From assembly GCA_963719495.1 (NCBI GenBank), contig CAVRCI010000002.1:64001-128000 (forward strand): a DNA stretch of 64,000 nucleotides, in the 5' to 3' direction. Positions 40,395 through 50,228 of the stretch are shown here, piece by piece (within the stretch, counting starts at the first letter, position 1; every line of letters starts with the position of its first letter). A program made the position numbers and the translations under genes. Under the pieces are notes generated by a model. The model saw only the letters and a program-made list of their open reading frames with translations, was not told the origin of the DNA and did not search any database. This stretch comes from an uncultured Verrucomicrobiae bacterium. GTDB lineage: Bacteria; Verrucomicrobiota; Verrucomicrobiia; Chthoniobacterales; JAATET01.

Positions 40395-40597
40395 GAATCT
40401 GATTGTGCCAGTCGTAGAAGCTCTTCCGCATCCACTTTTTGAACCGAGGGGAAAAAGCTGATGAAGTCATCCAGAGAGTATCCATCAGTCACGTAGTCCA
40501 AAAGCGTCTGAGCTGGAACGCGACTACCTCTGAAAACGATCGTGCCACCCAGAATTTCTGGGTCGGAGTGAACTGGACTGTGATCTAGCGTGATCAT
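40391..40597 (-). CDS. DUF433 antitoxin
   Basis: Homologue of 18456-18668. Confidence 0.85.
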   Translation of the reverse strand: MITLDHSPVHSDPEILGGTIVFRGSRVPAQTLLDYVTDGYSLDDFISFFPSVQKVDAEELLRLAQSDS

Positions 40598-40776
40598 GGC
40601 TGGAAGTTACTCTAGCTGGGCCTATCTGCAATCTCATATTGCCTCATGCCCTAACGTCAAGCTCAGCCACCCTGAGCGGGTGACCGAGCCAACCCCCAGG
40701 TGAACTGCCAATGGCGGGAACGAGCAACCCCAGCCAGCGAAGCGGCTAGGGGTTGGCTGCAGCGCCTTGTTAGCCC

Positions 40777-40971
40777 TCAGGATTTAATGTATGGGACATT
40801 CACGTCGTCCAACATTGGAAAATGCTTGCGGTTCAGAGTGTCTAGAATGAGATCATGCGAATCGGAAGTTGCGGCAATAATGCAGTCTGCAAGCCCGGTC
40901 CCGTGAGAGGGGCGAAACTGCCGCGAGTAGAGGCCTGCTTCTTCAGCTATCTCGACCGTCACCGGAAGAAC
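40777..40971 (-). pseudogene. vapC: 3' remnant of VapC toxin truncated by IS
   Basis: Near-identical to 3' part of 48661-49041. Confidence 0.88.
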
Positions 40972-42877
40972 CAGGGCATTTGGCTTGAAGCGCGAGGAAG
41001 CTGATAGGTAGGGGAAAAGAGAAATGGCTAGACAAAAGCGCGTCGAAAAGCTGAACTACGGTGGTGAAAAAGCAGGAGACCAGGAAAGGCGAGGGCATTG
41101 AAAGCAAGGCAACGCGATTGGAAGTGAAGGTAGCGCATTCGGCGGGGGACTGGCGCCGAGCGAAAGAGGCCCTTGGGCGAGAGCATGGGTTGGGAGCTGG
41201 GAGCGAGGCGGGAGACCGGCTCTGCCAGTTGGTGATGGAGGAAGGGAAGCTTGCCGGGGTAATGGTGTGGTGTGCGGCGGCGTGGCATTTGAAGGATCGG
41301 GACGAAGCGGTGGGATGGGATGCGGTGACGCGCTCGGAGCGGCTCAAGCTGGTGGTGCAGCTGCGACGCTTTCTGGTTTTGGAAGAGGCACGACGGCCGA
41401 ACCTGGCCAGCCAATGTCTTGGGGCCGGGATGCGGGAACTGGTGGAGCAATGGGAAAAGGTACACGGTTACCGACCACTTCTGGCCGAAAGCTTCAGCGA
41501 TCCAGAAAGCCATGCGGGAACGGTTTACAAAGCGACGAACTGGACGCAGGCGGGAACGACGAAGGGGTTTTCGCAAGACCACACCGACTACTACATCCCC
41601 AACGGGAGGCCCAAGAAGCTGTGGCTGAAAGAGCTCGCGCCCAAGGCCTGCGAGTTGATGAGCGCGCGCGAGTTGCCCGAAGCCAGCAAGGGGGCCTTGG
41701 TCGGACGCGGGGGAGCCCGCAGTCCGCTCAAGAACGCCGGACTCAAAAGCCTGCGCGACGCCTTGAGGGAGGTGCCCGATCCGCGTCACCCCAAAAGCCG
41801 CCGTCACCCCCTATCGGCGATGTTGACCCTGATCTCGCTGGGGTTGCTCATGGGGGCGCGCGACGTGCTCGATATCTGGAGGAAAGTGGCCTGCCTTTCC
41901 CAGAGCCAAAGAGAGGTGATCGGCCTGCGGGTGCGCGACAAGCAAAGTAAGCGGCTCAAGATGCCCGGCTACGATGCGCTCAACGACCTGCTGGCCGCCG
42001 TGGAACCCCACGCCTACGCCCATGCGCTGACGGCCTGGTTGCAAGCCAACGCGGGAGTGCTGCCCCGCAGCCTGGCCCTGGATGGCAAAAGCGTGGGCGA
42101 TGGACGCTGCGGCATGATCGTGACCCTTTGCCGTCATGAAGACGGGCGTCCGGTGGCCATGATCCCGGCCAGCGGAAAAAAAGAAGACTGCGAAGTCTCT
42201 GAAGCCCGCGCCCTGCTCTCCAATCCCGGGGTGGAACTGGTCAACGCGCTGGTCACGGCCGACCCGCTTCACAACAAAGAGGCCACCGCGCGAGTCATCC
42301 TGGAAAAGGGAGGCGACTATCTCATCGGCACAAAAGCAAATACCTCCAAACGATTGGAGGCAGCCACCCGCGCCCTGGAGGGCTCCCCTTTTTTGACCTG
42401 AGCTGCGAAGGCGATCACGGGCGCATCGACTCCCGCAAAGCCGCCGTCCAACCCATCTCCCCAGTCTCCGCCGGGCTGCCCGGTGCCCGCTCCGCCATCA
42501 CCGTGCAGCGCGACTGGCAGGAAAAGAAAGACCCCCACCAAACGCCCAAGAGCCATACCCGTATCTTCCTTTCCAGCCTGGAACCGGAAGAAAAATCCCG
42601 TTCCACCCGCGCCGTTCGCGAGCACTGGAGCATCGAGAACCGCAATCACCACAAACGCGACGCCTCCGCCTGGCAAGAAGATCGGCACCGACATCGCAGA
42701 CCAAAAGCTGCCCTCAACCTCGCCCTCACCCGCAACGTCCTGCTCGCCCTCATTCCCTTTGAGCACGGGCAACCCCTCGCTCACTTCTTCGAACTCTACC
42801 ACCGACACCCAGCAAAAGCTCTCAACCTTATCCTTCACGCTCGCCCCGCCCTATGACCCTTCCAGCCAAACGCCCTG
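40972..42877 (+). mobile_element. ISAs1-like element with DUF4338-fused transposase
   Basis: IR CAGGGCATTTGGCTTGAAG / CTTCCAGCCAAACGCCCTG; no target duplication. Confidence 0.85.
41061..42856 (+). CDS. DUF4338-like domain + ISAs1-type transposase, -1 frameshift at ~42385-42394
   Basis: RD..VGW...RFLVL...PNLASQ...GYRPLLAESF...GTVYKATNW; then VPDPR, LDGK, TADPLH, KAN; shifted frame gives HGRIDSR and HWSIEN. Confidence 0.82.
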
Positions 42878-43267
42878 CGCCGGAGGCCATGCCGTGGGGT
42901 GAACGATTGCCTTGGATGGTTCGAACGTCGAACAAAATAGCTGATCTGGCCATGAATGGCTCTGCAGGCATGGGCGGATGAGCGGTCGATTCGGAGCAAT
43001 TCCGTAAACGATCAATTTCATCGGGACGAGGTCTTCGTGGTCGCTGCTCTGAGCGGGCCACGATGACCGGTCGAGCTACAAAGGATGAATTGCATTCAAA
43101 TCGTGGCCACCGGAGAAGACGAGCAGATCTGTGGTGATGTGCGGGATGAGAGGGTGAATGGGCTGTCCTGGCACATCAGCCACAGATCGGCGGCCGAGCT
43201 ACCAGTGACTCTTCGCTGGCCAATGTATCAAATACATCATCCGCCGGAGGCTTCAGGAAAACCCAAC
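42878..43267 (-). other. Partial ORF-less cassette family G
   Basis: Homologous to ~11497-11940. Confidence 0.7.
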
Positions 43268-43381
43268 GTCAAGCTCAGCCACCCTGAGCGGGTCACCGAG
43301 CCAACCCTGAGGTGAGCTGCCAGTAGCGGGACCGAGCAACCCCAGCCAGCGAAGCGGCTAGGGGTTGGCTGCAGCGCCTTG

Positions 43382-43780
43382 TTAGGGCCGTATTGCGACG
43401 GGATCAAGAATGCTGCCGTCCATCAATACAAATACTGTCCAGAATGTGGGCTTTAGATCCTTTGACCCGTAGTTAACCTTGTAAAAGTAGCTGTCGTTAT
43501 AGGGTGAGGGAAGTCGATCAAGAACGATCTGAAATGGGCGCTCAGGAATATAGCCTGCCAAATTCTGTTTCAGGGTCCATTTCCGAGCAATAGTTTCAGC
43601 GTCTTTAACCGAAAGTGGTGGATCCTTATCAAATTTCCAGTGTGGTTGAGCATCCAATTGTTCGGAAGATGCGGACCAAACAAAATTCGGAGTCGAGTCG
43701 TGCGTCTGATCTATAACGTAGGATTCCGCCTGCACTTGGAGTGAGAATGCTAGAATTATGCTGAGTGGGATGTATTGCAT
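43382..43780 (-). CDS. Hypothetical secreted protein
   Basis: Signal peptide; PPLS...A...A and VLMDG motifs; duplicated at 44401-44823. Confidence 0.78.
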   Translation of the reverse strand: MQYIPLSIILAFSLQVQAESYVIDQTHDSTPNFVWSASSEQLDAQPHWKFDKDPPLSVKDAETIARKWTLKQNLAGYIPERPFQIVLDRLPSPYNDSYFYKVNYGSKDLKPTFWTVFVLMDGSILDPVAIRP

Positions 43781-43918
43781 GGTATGTATGTGTTGGTGCC
43801 CTAACGTCAAGCTCAGCCACCCCGAGCAGGCAGTCGAGCCAACCCTGAGGTGAGCTGCCAATAGCGGGTCCGAGCAACCCCAGCCAGCGAAGCGGCTAGG
43901 GGTTGGCTGCAGCGCCTT

Positions 43919-44310
43919 GTTAGACTCGTATTGCTTTTCTCCGTTTCTGTATACTTTGTTTGCTAAGTATAAGTGTGTGAGGTAAGCTGTCTTAGATGTG
44001 GTGATGGTGGAGGAGTTAAGTTCAGTGAGCCAGTAGCATCAGTCCTGATTGAATGAATTACACAAAATCACCTAAAAAATTCGTTTGCTGCGCACAAAAT
44101 ATGAGTTCGTCTTCGGATCACTTTCAATAACTGTTCTCGCTTCGCTCGACTTAGAATTCAAGCCACTCAGTGAATTCATCCACCGGAGGTCTGCATATCG
44201 ATACAAAATCCGCAGGCTCCGTTGCAAATGTTCGGCTTGGCGGGAGCGCTTCATGCATCTCATTACCTCATCCACCGGAGGTCTTCATGACTTTTGTATA
44301 AGAGTCTAAC
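43919..44310 (-). other. ORF-less cassette, family B-related
   Basis: GACTCGTATT end, hairpin+T-tract, two ACC-GGA-GGT motifs. Confidence 0.7.
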
Positions 44311-44400
44311 GTCAAGCTCAGCCACCCTGAGCGGGTCACCGAGCCAACCCTGAGGTGAGCTGCCAGTAGCGGGACCGAGCAACCCCAGCCAGCGAAGCGG

Positions 44401-44823
44401 CTAGGGGTTGGCTGCAGCGCCTTGTTGGGGCCGTATTGCGACGGGATCAAGAATGCTGCCGTCCATCAATACAAATACTGTCCAGAATGTGGGCTTTAGA
44501 TCCTTTGACCCGTAGTTAACCTTGTAAAAGTAGCTGTCGTTATAGGGTGAGGGAAGTCGATCAAGAACGATCTGAAATGGGCGCTCAGGAATATAGCCTG
44601 CCAAATTCTGTTTCAGGGTCCATTTCCGAGCAATAGTTTCAGCGTCTTTAACCGAAAGTGGTGGATCCTTATCAAATTTCCAGTGTGGTTGAGCATCCAA
44701 TTGTTCGGAAGATGCGGACCAAACAAAATTCGGAGTCGAGTCGTGCGTCTGATCTATAACGTAGGATTCCGCCTGCACTTGGAGTGAGAATGCTAGAATT
44801 ATGCTGAGTGGGATGTATTGCAT
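44401..44823 (-). CDS. Hypothetical secreted protein (duplicate, extended into attC)
   Basis: TAA>CAA change in R'' box. Confidence 0.78.
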   Translation of the reverse strand: MQYIPLSIILAFSLQVQAESYVIDQTHDSTPNFVWSASSEQLDAQPHWKFDKDPPLSVKDAETIARKWTLKQNLAGYIPERPFQIVLDRLPSPYNDSYFYKVNYGSKDLKPTFWTVFVLMDGSILDPVAIRPQQGAAANP

Positions 44824-44962
44824 GGTATGTATGTGTTGGTGCCCTAACGTCAAGCTCAGCCACCCCGAGCAGGCAGTCGAGCCAACCCTGAGGTGAGCTG
44901 CCAATAGCGGGAACGAGCAACCCCAGCCAGCGAAGCGGCTAGGGGTTGGCTGCAGCGCCTTG

Positions 44963-45523
44963 TTAGCCCTGTATTCTTTTCAGACGGGTTCTCGTGTCGT
45001 CGAGGGTTGTTCTGAGTTCCTCAATATCTGAGTCAGGCATGTGATCAGCAAGAAGCTCGATGAAAAAAGAATCTGACTGAGTCGACTGATGTAAAAGCTG
45101 CATGATGTCGGCTTCGTAAATTGCAATACGATCGAAATCAAACTGACGATACAGGCTCGGAAGCGCGAATAGCTTGAGGAGGATCAATCCATCCACATTT
45201 CCCGTGGACAGGGAGCCGATCTCATACTGCATGGATTCGGTGAAATCATCGGCAATCATCTTGAAAACCCTGTGTTCTGCGAATAGGACATCCACACGGA
45301 GGCCGTCGAAGTCACCGTAGGCAAACATGTCGCTTCGTCGGGCAATCTTGAGCTCGGGAATATCAGCGAGACGTGGTGCCGAGATGATCAAATCAATATC
45401 ATCAGTATTGCGACCTCTGACATGTTGGAGCAATGCAATGCCTCCCACTACGACAAATGGAATGTTGCGAGCACGAAGGAGCGAAAGAAATGATGAGACG
45501 AGTTCTGGATAGTCTGCAGACAT
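44963..45523 (-). CDS. Nucleotidyltransferase-fold protein (duplicate of 1917-2477)
   Basis: Identical translation. Confidence 0.8.
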   Translation of the reverse strand: MSADYPELVSSFLSLLRARNIPFVVVGGIALLQHVRGRNTDDIDLIISAPRLADIPELKIARRSDMFAYGDFDGLRVDVLFAEHRVFKMIADDFTESMQYEIGSLSTGNVDGLILLKLFALPSLYRQFDFDRIAIYEADIMQLLHQSTQSDSFFIELLADHMPDSDIEELRTTLDDTRTRLKRIQG

Positions 45524-45728
45524 GGGTCGGCCGAGTGTAACCGGATTGGCGAAGTGGGCCAATGCGATTATCTTACCGGGATGAAGCGGGGCGGGCATAG
45601 GTTTAATGGGCTAACGTCAAGCTCAGCCACCCTGAGCGGGCAATCAAGCCAACCCTGAGGTGAGCTGCCAATAGCGGGACCGAGCAACCCCAGCCAGCGA
45701 AGCGGCTAGGGGTTGGCTGCAGCGCCTT

Positions 45729-46118
45729 GTTAGCCTGTATTGTGTTTCTCGATAGGCGCTATCGATCGCGTTCAAAGGTTTCTGGTGAAGTTGATGTGTC
45801 GATGCGGGTTGTGAAGCTACAGTAGTTGTGGCGATCTTGAATCATGTCTTCCCGGTCGCTCTATCGGTAAAGTAGTATGTCCTGATCCCAAGAAAAACGT
45901 CTGCATAAAAATGCGAAAATCGGCCAAAAAAATTCGGCGCTACGCGTAAAAGTGAAATCGTCGTTCCTCCTCATTTAGGTTTTGGACAGGGTTACTGAAT
46001 GTCGGCGTCTTGGCATGTGAGAACGGTGCTCGAGAGAGTCGAACCGGAGCGGTTGTGGTCGATCCTCATGGTCATCGTTCCTAATACACTCATTTTATTC
46101 ATTGTATCAGAGGCTAAC
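45729..46118 (-). other. ORF-less cassette, distant family B
   Basis: No ORF >=60 aa; CGC-GTA-GCG hairpin + CGAATTTTTTT on minus strand. Confidence 0.7.
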
Positions 46119-46177
46119 GTTATCCGTGACTCAAGAACGAGCGCAGCGAGAGAATTGAGTCTACGGATTTGTTAGCC
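46112..46177 (-). repeat. Short atypical attC (66 bp)
   Basis: GGCTAAC...ATCCGTGACTCAA...TTGAGTCTACGGAT...GTTAGCC hairpin with unpaired base. Confidence 0.8.
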
Positions 46178-46184
46178 GAGTTTA

Positions 46185-46559
46185 TCATTTATCTATCAGA
46201 CGTGGCACAGATAAGTTTTTGTCACTCAAAACAGTATCGCTAGTGGAACCTGCGGCTTCGTCAAAATAGCCATCAAAATCACCATCAATAAGAATATAAT
46301 GTTCATAGGAATCGGGAGGAGAAACGACTCTCAAATAATCAATCTTTCCATCGCCATTATGATCGGCACACTCAGCATTCGATTTCGTCCACGACGTCCC
46401 AATAAAGTTATTTCTAGCTCCAATCTCGGATCTATTCCATCCATTTTTAACCGATATAACCCCTACATCGGGAAACGCAAAGGTTTCGGAAGATGGTTGT
46501 GCATCCTCTCCGCACGAAATCAGCAGTAAGCTAAGTGTAAGCATGGCAAGAGATTTCAT
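46185..46559 (-). CDS. Lipoprotein with DxDGDG-like Ca-binding motifs
   Basis: LISC lipobox; DHNGDGKID, DGDFDGYFD. Confidence 0.78.
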   Translation of the reverse strand: MKSLAMLTLSLLLISCGEDAQPSSETFAFPDVGVISVKNGWNRSEIGARNNFIGTSWTKSNAECADHNGDGKIDYLRVVSPPDSYEHYILIDGDFDGYFDEAAGSTSDTVLSDKNLSVPRLIDK

Positions 46560-46685
46560 ATTTTAGGCTAACGTCAAGCTCAGCCACCCTGAGCGGGCAA
46601 TCAAGCCAACCCTGAGGTGAGCTGCCAATAGCGGGAGCGAGCAACCCCAGCCAGCGAAGCGGCTAGGGGTTGGCTGCAGCGCCTT

Positions 46686-46968
46686 GTTCGGATCCGCATC
46701 TTCGTGGTCCCGTCGGATCTAAAATCTGCAGCCTTGCTCGCCGCCATGCCGAGTGATGATCGAGCCATACCAGCGAGTCAGACCGATGCGCTTCGATACG
46801 GAAATTGACGTCGAACGGACTGCGCAAAAATACCTTGGTTTGGGCTTCCGGCCAGGAAAATCAACCTTATTGTGGACACCTTCCGAATACACCCAATTTA
46901 TACAAAGCAAATTACAAACAAGCTTGTCTGCAGTTTGGGCGCCGTAGAACAGGGGCATAGGTCCGAAC
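46686..46968 (-). other. Cassette family D, copy 3
   Basis: Similar to 23157-23439. Confidence 0.7.
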
Positions 46969-47089
46969 GTCAAGCTCAGCCACCCTGAGCGGGTAGCCGA
47001 GCCGACCCTGAGGTGAGCTGCCGGTAGCGGGACCGAGCAACCCCAGCCAGCGAAGCGGCTAGGGGTTGGCTGCAGCGCCTTGTTCGGCT

Positions 47090-47380
47090 TCATCCATGCA
47101 GCGCTTCTAATACGATCTTTGGATGCCGTTCGGTGACCATGAGAAGCGCCCTGGCTGCTCCTTCCGGTTCTCGTCTCTTTTGCTCCCAATTCTGGATGGT
47201 TCGAGCACTTACCCCGATCATCAAGGCAAATTCGGTCTGACTCAATCCTAGGTTTCCGCGGATGTGCTGAACATCGGGATTTGAGACCTCGGTTACCCGA
47301 AAGTCTTGCTTGTCACCGCGCTGAAACGAACGAGCTTGCTTGATGCTACCAACCAGTAGTGAAAAATCTTCAGTATTCAT
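47090..47380 (-). CDS. higA: HigA-like HTH antitoxin
   Basis: IR..LGLSQ.EFA..IGVS.RTIQNWEQ.RR.P.G.A.ALL. Confidence 0.88.
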   Translation of the reverse strand: MNTEDFSLLVGSIKQARSFQRGDKQDFRVTEVSNPDVQHIRGNLGLSQTEFALMIGVSARTIQNWEQKRREPEGAARALLMVTERHPKIVLEALHG

Positions 47381-47691
47381 GAGAGTTCTTGCTGAACAAG
47401 TGTTCGGAGCACCTTGAGTTGTTCGTTCGTGAAGTTGTCTTGTTTGTTCTTCGGGTATGCGAGAAGTAGAAATATCGATCCCTCGTGAAGGATGTAGTAG
47501 ATGACCCGGATGCCTCCACGCTTGCCGCGGCCTTGTGCGGACCAGCGTATTTTGCGAAGGCCACCGCTTCCGCGGATAAGATCGCCCGATTCAGGATTGA
47601 GCGAGAGAGTGACTTGAAAGTGGTGAAAATCGGCGTCATTGAGGAGCGTGGTGACCTGCTTGGTGAAAATAGGAGTTTCGATGAACTGCAC
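47377..47691 (-). CDS. higB: HigB/RelE-like toxin
   Basis: FIETPIF...NPESGDLI.GSGGLRKIRW...GKRGG.RVIYY...YPKN. Confidence 0.9.
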   Translation of the reverse strand: MQFIETPIFTKQVTTLLNDADFHHFQVTLSLNPESGDLIRGSGGLRKIRWSAQGRGKRGGIRVIYYILHEGSIFLLLAYPKNKQDNFTNEQLKVLRTLVQQELS

Positions 47692-47698
47692 ATCATGA

Positions 47699-47726
47699 AA
47701 GATACGCCAATGGCGTATGCATGCAA
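47699..47726 (-). promoter_or_regulatory. Promoter with palindromic operator
   Basis: TTGCAT-16-TATCTT; ATACGCCA-N-TGGCGTAT at 47702-47718. Confidence 0.7.
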
Positions 47727-47869
47727 CTGATTTCAGAGCCGAACGTCAAGCTCAGCCACCCTGAGCGGGTGACCGAGCCAACCCTGAGGTGAGCTGCCGG
47801 TAGCGGGAACGAGCAACTCCAGCCAGCGAAGCGGCTAGGGGTTGGCTGCAGCGCCTTGTTCGGTCTGTG

Positions 47870-48463
47870 TTAGTTCCATCCCACATGAGACATCAAAGTA
47901 TCTGGTGTTATGTCCATGCTTCCGAATAAAGCATCGAGAACTTCATGTTCTTTTCCTATGGGAATCCTCAAAAACAGCTGGGTTGATCGGCTGATTCCGT
48001 TCGCTTGAAGAATTACGCTCACTTCTTCATTTTCCACTTGGTAGGACTTGGTGAGCTTGAGCAACTTGCTCCACTCACTGTTTGAAATGTAGACTAATTT
48101 TCTAGCCGTCCTATCTAGAGTAGGCTGCCGACCTATCGAAATATCAAATTGGGCGAATGCGTTGTTAATCTCACCGGCGAGCTCGTCGATCGGAAGGTCT
48201 CCGGGAAGGTCAGCATCTTTTGTAAGAATTACGTATACGCCACCTTTTGTGTCCGGAGCAAAAAGTATAGAATGTGGGAGCTGAGGACTGTAAAGTGCAA
48301 AGTATGCTTGGAAAATGGACTTGTTTCGGAGCTCGTCGATTGCCTCAATAATCTCGGATTTTCCCGGCTTGAGCTTTAGTGGTGGCGGCTCAGAGAATCC
48401 AGAACGCACGCCTGTGCATAATAGTATGGTCGCAAGAGCAACTTTAGATAATCTGGAAATCAT
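47870..48463 (-). CDS. Hypothetical secreted protein
   Basis: Signal-like N-terminus MISRLSK. Confidence 0.7.
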   Translation of the reverse strand: MISRLSKVALATILLCTGVRSGFSEPPPLKLKPGKSEIIEAIDELRNKSIFQAYFALYSPQLPHSILFAPDTKGGVYVILTKDADLPGDLPIDELAGEINNAFAQFDISIGRQPTLDRTARKLVYISNSEWSKLLKLTKSYQVENEEVSVILQANGISRSTQLFLRIPIGKEHEVLDALFGSMDITPDTLMSHVGWN

Positions 48464-48660
48464 AGTGCGGAATCGCTTTCTGCAATATTGGTGCACGGAG
48501 CCAAGGACTCATTCCGCCGGAGGCTGTATTGGACCGAACGTCAAGCTCAGCCACCCTGAGCGGGAAGCCGAGCCAACCCTGAGGTGAGCTGCCGATAGCG
48601 GGTCCGAGCAACCCCAGCCAGCGAAGCGGCTAGGGGTTGGCTGCAGCGCCTTGTTAGCCC

Positions 48661-49041
48661 TCAGGATTTAATGTATGGGACATTCACGTCGTCCAACATT
48701 GGAAAATGCTTGCGGTTCAGAGTGTCTAGAATGAGATCATGCGAATCGGAAGTTGCGGCAATAATGCAGTCTGCAAGCCCGGTCCCGTGAGAGGGGCGAA
48801 ACTGGCGCGAGTAGAGGCCTGCTTCTTCAGCTATCTCGACCGTCACCGGAAGAACCGTAAATGCCGATACTGTCTTTTCCAAGCGAGACCGTTCTGATCC
48901 CTCGCGAATACCTTGATAGAGTTCGGCAACGGTCATCACTGACAGGTAGGATTCGGTAATGTGGGACTCAACAAAGGAAACGGCATCAGGATAATTCTTC
49001 AAATAATCGATCATGATGTCGGTGTCGATCAACCGGGCCAT
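48661..49041 (-). CDS. vapC: VapC PIN toxin
   Basis: LIDTDIMIDYL...TVAEL..G...ADCIIAAT...TLN.KHF. Confidence 0.92.
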   Translation of the reverse strand: MARLIDTDIMIDYLKNYPDAVSFVESHITESYLSVMTVAELYQGIREGSERSRLEKTVSAFTVLPVTVEIAEEAGLYSRQFRPSHGTGLADCIIAATSDSHDLILDTLNRKHFPMLDDVNVPYIKS

Positions 49042-49275
49042 CTAAAATCGATCAAATTGCGAGCGCATTGCTCTGAGATCTAGTCCGTCTTCCCGGTCGG
49101 CCCACATTCCGCGTGACGATCTGAGTGCTTTGAGACGATTGCCGGAATCTCGGCGCGAGATAAACTCGTCAATTGCTTGCCTGATGAGTTCACTTTTGCC
49201 GCGGCCAAATGACTGCGACAACCTCGCAATGGCGGAGCTCTCTTCGTCAGTGAGGTATACTTGTGTTCGAATCAT
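49042..49275 (-). CDS. vapB: CopG/RHH antitoxin
   Basis: RTQVYLT...SELIRQAID...GMWADR; promoter TTGACA-17-CATTAT-5-ATG. Confidence 0.88.
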   Translation of the reverse strand: MIRTQVYLTDEESSAIARLSQSFGRGKSELIRQAIDEFISRRDSGNRLKALRSSRGMWADREDGLDLRAMRSQFDRF

Positions 49276-49449
49276 ACAGCATAATGTATGGAGCGATCCT
49301 GCGTGTCAACAAATGAATTGGGGCTAACGTCAAGCTCAGCCACCCTGAGCGGGTAGCCGAGCCGACCCTGAGGTGAGCTGCCGGTAGCGGGACCGAGCAA
49401 CCCCAGCCAGCGAAGCGGCTAGGGGTTGGCTGCAGCGCCTTGTTCGGCT

Positions 49450-49740
49450 TCATCCATGCAGCGCTTCTAATACGATCTTTGGATGCCGTTCGGTGACCAT
49501 GAGAAGCGCCCTGGCTGCTCCTTCCGGTTCTCGTCTCTTTTGCTCCCAATTCTGGATGGTTCGAGCACTTACCCCGATCATCAAGGCAAATTCGGTCTGA
49601 CTCAATCCTAGGTTTCCGCGGATGTGCTGAACATCGGGATTTGAGACCTCGGTTACCCGAAAGTCTTGCTTGTCACCGCGCTGAAACGAACGAGCTTGCT
49701 TGATGCTACCAACCAGTAGTGAAAAATCTTCAGTATTCAT
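49450..49740 (-). CDS. higA: HigA-like antitoxin (duplicate)
   Basis: Same translation as 47090-47380. Confidence 0.88.
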   Translation of the reverse strand: MNTEDFSLLVGSIKQARSFQRGDKQDFRVTEVSNPDVQHIRGNLGLSQTEFALMIGVSARTIQNWEQKRREPEGAARALLMVTERHPKIVLEALHG

Positions 49741-50051
49741 GAGAGTTCTTGCTGAACAAGTGTTCGGAGCACCTTGAGTTGCTCGTTCGTGAAGTTGTCT
49801 TGTTTGTTCTTCGGGTATGCGAGAAGTAGAAATATCGATCCCTCGTGAAGGATGTAGTAGATGACCCGGATGCCTCCACGCTTGCCGCGGCCTTGTGCGG
49901 ACCAGCGTATTTTGCGAAGGCCACCGCTTCCGCGGATAAGATCGCCCGATTCAGGATTGAGCGAGAGAGTGACTTGAAAGTGGTGAAAATCGGCGTCATT
50001 GAGGAGCGTGGTGACCTGCTTGGTGAAAATAGGAGTTTCGATGAACTGCAC
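49737..50051 (-). CDS. higB: HigB/RelE-like toxin (duplicate)
   Basis: Same translation as 47377-47691. Confidence 0.9.
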   Translation of the reverse strand: MQFIETPIFTKQVTTLLNDADFHHFQVTLSLNPESGDLIRGSGGLRKIRWSAQGRGKRGGIRVIYYILHEGSIFLLLAYPKNKQDNFTNEQLKVLRTLVQQELS

Positions 50052-50228
50052 ATCATGAAAGATACGCCAATGGCGTATGCATGCAACTGATTTCAGAGCC
50101 GAACGTCAAGCTCAGTCACCCCGAACGGATGTAGAGGAAAGTGGAGTGATCAACTGCAATCTGGTCGTTCGCCAACCCCTAAGAGCGAAGCGGCTAGGGG
50201 TTGACTGCAGCGCCTTGTTCGGCTGTAT

